A DNA stretch of 64,000 nt from a virus: the IMG/VR virus record IMGVR_UViG_3300048672_000219, positions 19,455-83,454 of that record. One strand, written 5' to 3'. The notes beneath the pieces are model-generated. The model saw only the letters and a list, made by a program, of their open reading frames with translations, made no database searches and was not told the DNA's origin. Below are positions 63,081-64,000 of the stretch, one piece after another. A program made the translations under genes and the position numbers. Numbering within the stretch: position 1 is the first letter of the stretch; every line of letters begins with the position of its first letter.

Positions 63081-63620
63081 ATGAAAATTGAAATGCAACA
63101 ATTGAATGCCGACAAATATAAAATGGCTGTAGAGAATATGGATGAGTCTCCCGAAGAAGAGGCTATGGAAACTCCTGCTGAAGAAATGAGTGAGTTTGAA
63201 GAGACAATCAAAGCAGCTTTTGCAACAACATTCTCTTTCTATTTAAAAGCACACAACTTCCATTGGAATGTGGAAGATAAAGACTTCTTTGAATATCATG
63301 GACTATTCGGCTCCATCTACGAAGAAGTCTACTCGTCTATCGACTCGTTTGCAGAAAAGATTCGTGCATGTCAAATCAAAGTTCCTGCAAGCTTGTCATC
63401 ATTCAATCTTCTGTCTGTTGTGGCTGATGAGAATTCTTTCCCAAGTAAAGATGTAATGGTGGATACTCTTCTGAACGACAATGAAACTGTTCTAAAAATC
63501 CTTGGCCTTGCCTACGACGAAGCAGAAGAACTTGGCTATCATGGCTTTAGTAACTTCCTTGCAGAGCGCTTAGACGCACATAAGAAACATAGCTGGATGC
63601 TGCGCTCAAGTAAAGGATAA
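63081..63620 (+). CDS. dps: Dps/ferritin-like protein
   Basis: KAHNFHWNV...F...HGLF...YEE....DSFAEKIR ferroxidase centre; HKKHSWMLRS end. Confidence 0.92.
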   Translation: MKIEMQQLNADKYKMAVENMDESPEEEAMETPAEEMSEFEETIKAAFATTFSFYLKAHNFHWNVEDKDFFEYHGLFGSIYEEVYSSIDSFAEKIRACQIKVPASLSSFNLLSVVADENSFPSKDVMVDTLLNDNETVLKILGLAYDEAEELGYHGFSNFLAERLDAHKKHSWMLRSSKG

Positions 63621-63624
63621 TTCA

Positions 63625-63903
63625 ATGGATTTGAACAATATAGTATTAGGTGCTCTTAACCTGTTGATGTTAGCTTTCGGGGTGGTCATCTGGGCGTCTT
63701 TCAAGGAAACTAAACAAATGGCTAAAGAAGCTCAAGATAAACTAGCAGAATATAAGATACATTGTGCAGAGAAGTTCATTACATCGGACGAACTTAGCAG
63801 AGTGGTTTACGAAATCAATGCCTCATTAGAAAAATATGCAACCCGAAGCGAAGCCGCCATTGACAAGATTCTTGCAAAGCTCGACTCCAAGCAAGACAAA
63901 TAA
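63625..63903 (+). CDS. putative holin or lysis-associated membrane protein
   Basis: One N-terminal TM segment plus coiled coil ending LDSKQDK; precedes the probable endolysin. Confidence 0.5.
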   Translation: MDLNNIVLGALNLLMLAFGVVIWASFKETKQMAKEAQDKLAEYKIHCAEKFITSDELSRVVYEINASLEKYATRSEAAIDKILAKLDSKQDK

Positions 63904-63962
63904 TATGGAACAAGGACGACACAGAAGCGTCCCTTCATAATGATACAACGAAAGGAATAACA

Positions 63963-64000
63963 ATGCAAATTACAAAAGAACAACTCGTAAAGATTATGCC
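63963..64000 (+). CDS. probable endolysin N-terminus (truncated by the window edge)
   Basis: MQITKEQLVKIMP resembles starts of GH19-type phage endolysins; only 12 codons visible. Confidence 0.4.
   Translation, partial: MQITKEQLVKIM

Noticed and set aside
1-64000. Alternative genetic code (stop-codon reassignment)
   Set aside because: Core genes translate full-length in the standard code, and no suppressor tRNA is present.

Overview
This is 64 kb of a tailed dsDNA phage genome (long non-contractile-tail type, roughly 40% GC by eye). It uses host sigma70 throughout, with many near-perfect TTGACA-17-TATAAT promoters and no RNA polymerase in the window. Layout: (i) 1-18.7 kb, minus strand: replication and nucleotide genes (family A DNA polymerase 5' end, primase-helicase, ThyX, ligase, nucleotidyltransferase), small ORFs and a stand-alone 936-aa deacetylase-like gene. 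(ii) About 20-31 kb, plus strand: small early-type genes behind strong promoters, bounded by A/T-tract DNA, a possible long terminal repeat. (iii) A serine recombinase facing an HNH protein that carries the same recombinase arm. (iv) 32-37 kb, minus strand: HAD, HD, ClpP-like, PhoH and DNA methyltransferase genes. (v) Three tRNAs (two atypical) among structured non-coding DNA. (vi) Packaging, head, tail and lysis genes, including a terminase split in its Walker A motif by an ORF-less group I intron, a -1 frameshifted tail chaperone, a 2543-aa tape measure with 15 repeats of 49 aa, and a Dps gene. The most notable observations are an evenly spaced triple Fur-box-like array with adjacent operator-like palindromes, the recombinase/HNH domain-swap pair, the intron whose splice sites cannot both be canonical, a truncated terminase-ATPase-like mini-protein, and three small paralogues each sitting next to a nuclease gene. 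All calls come from reading motifs by eye; no database searches were run.
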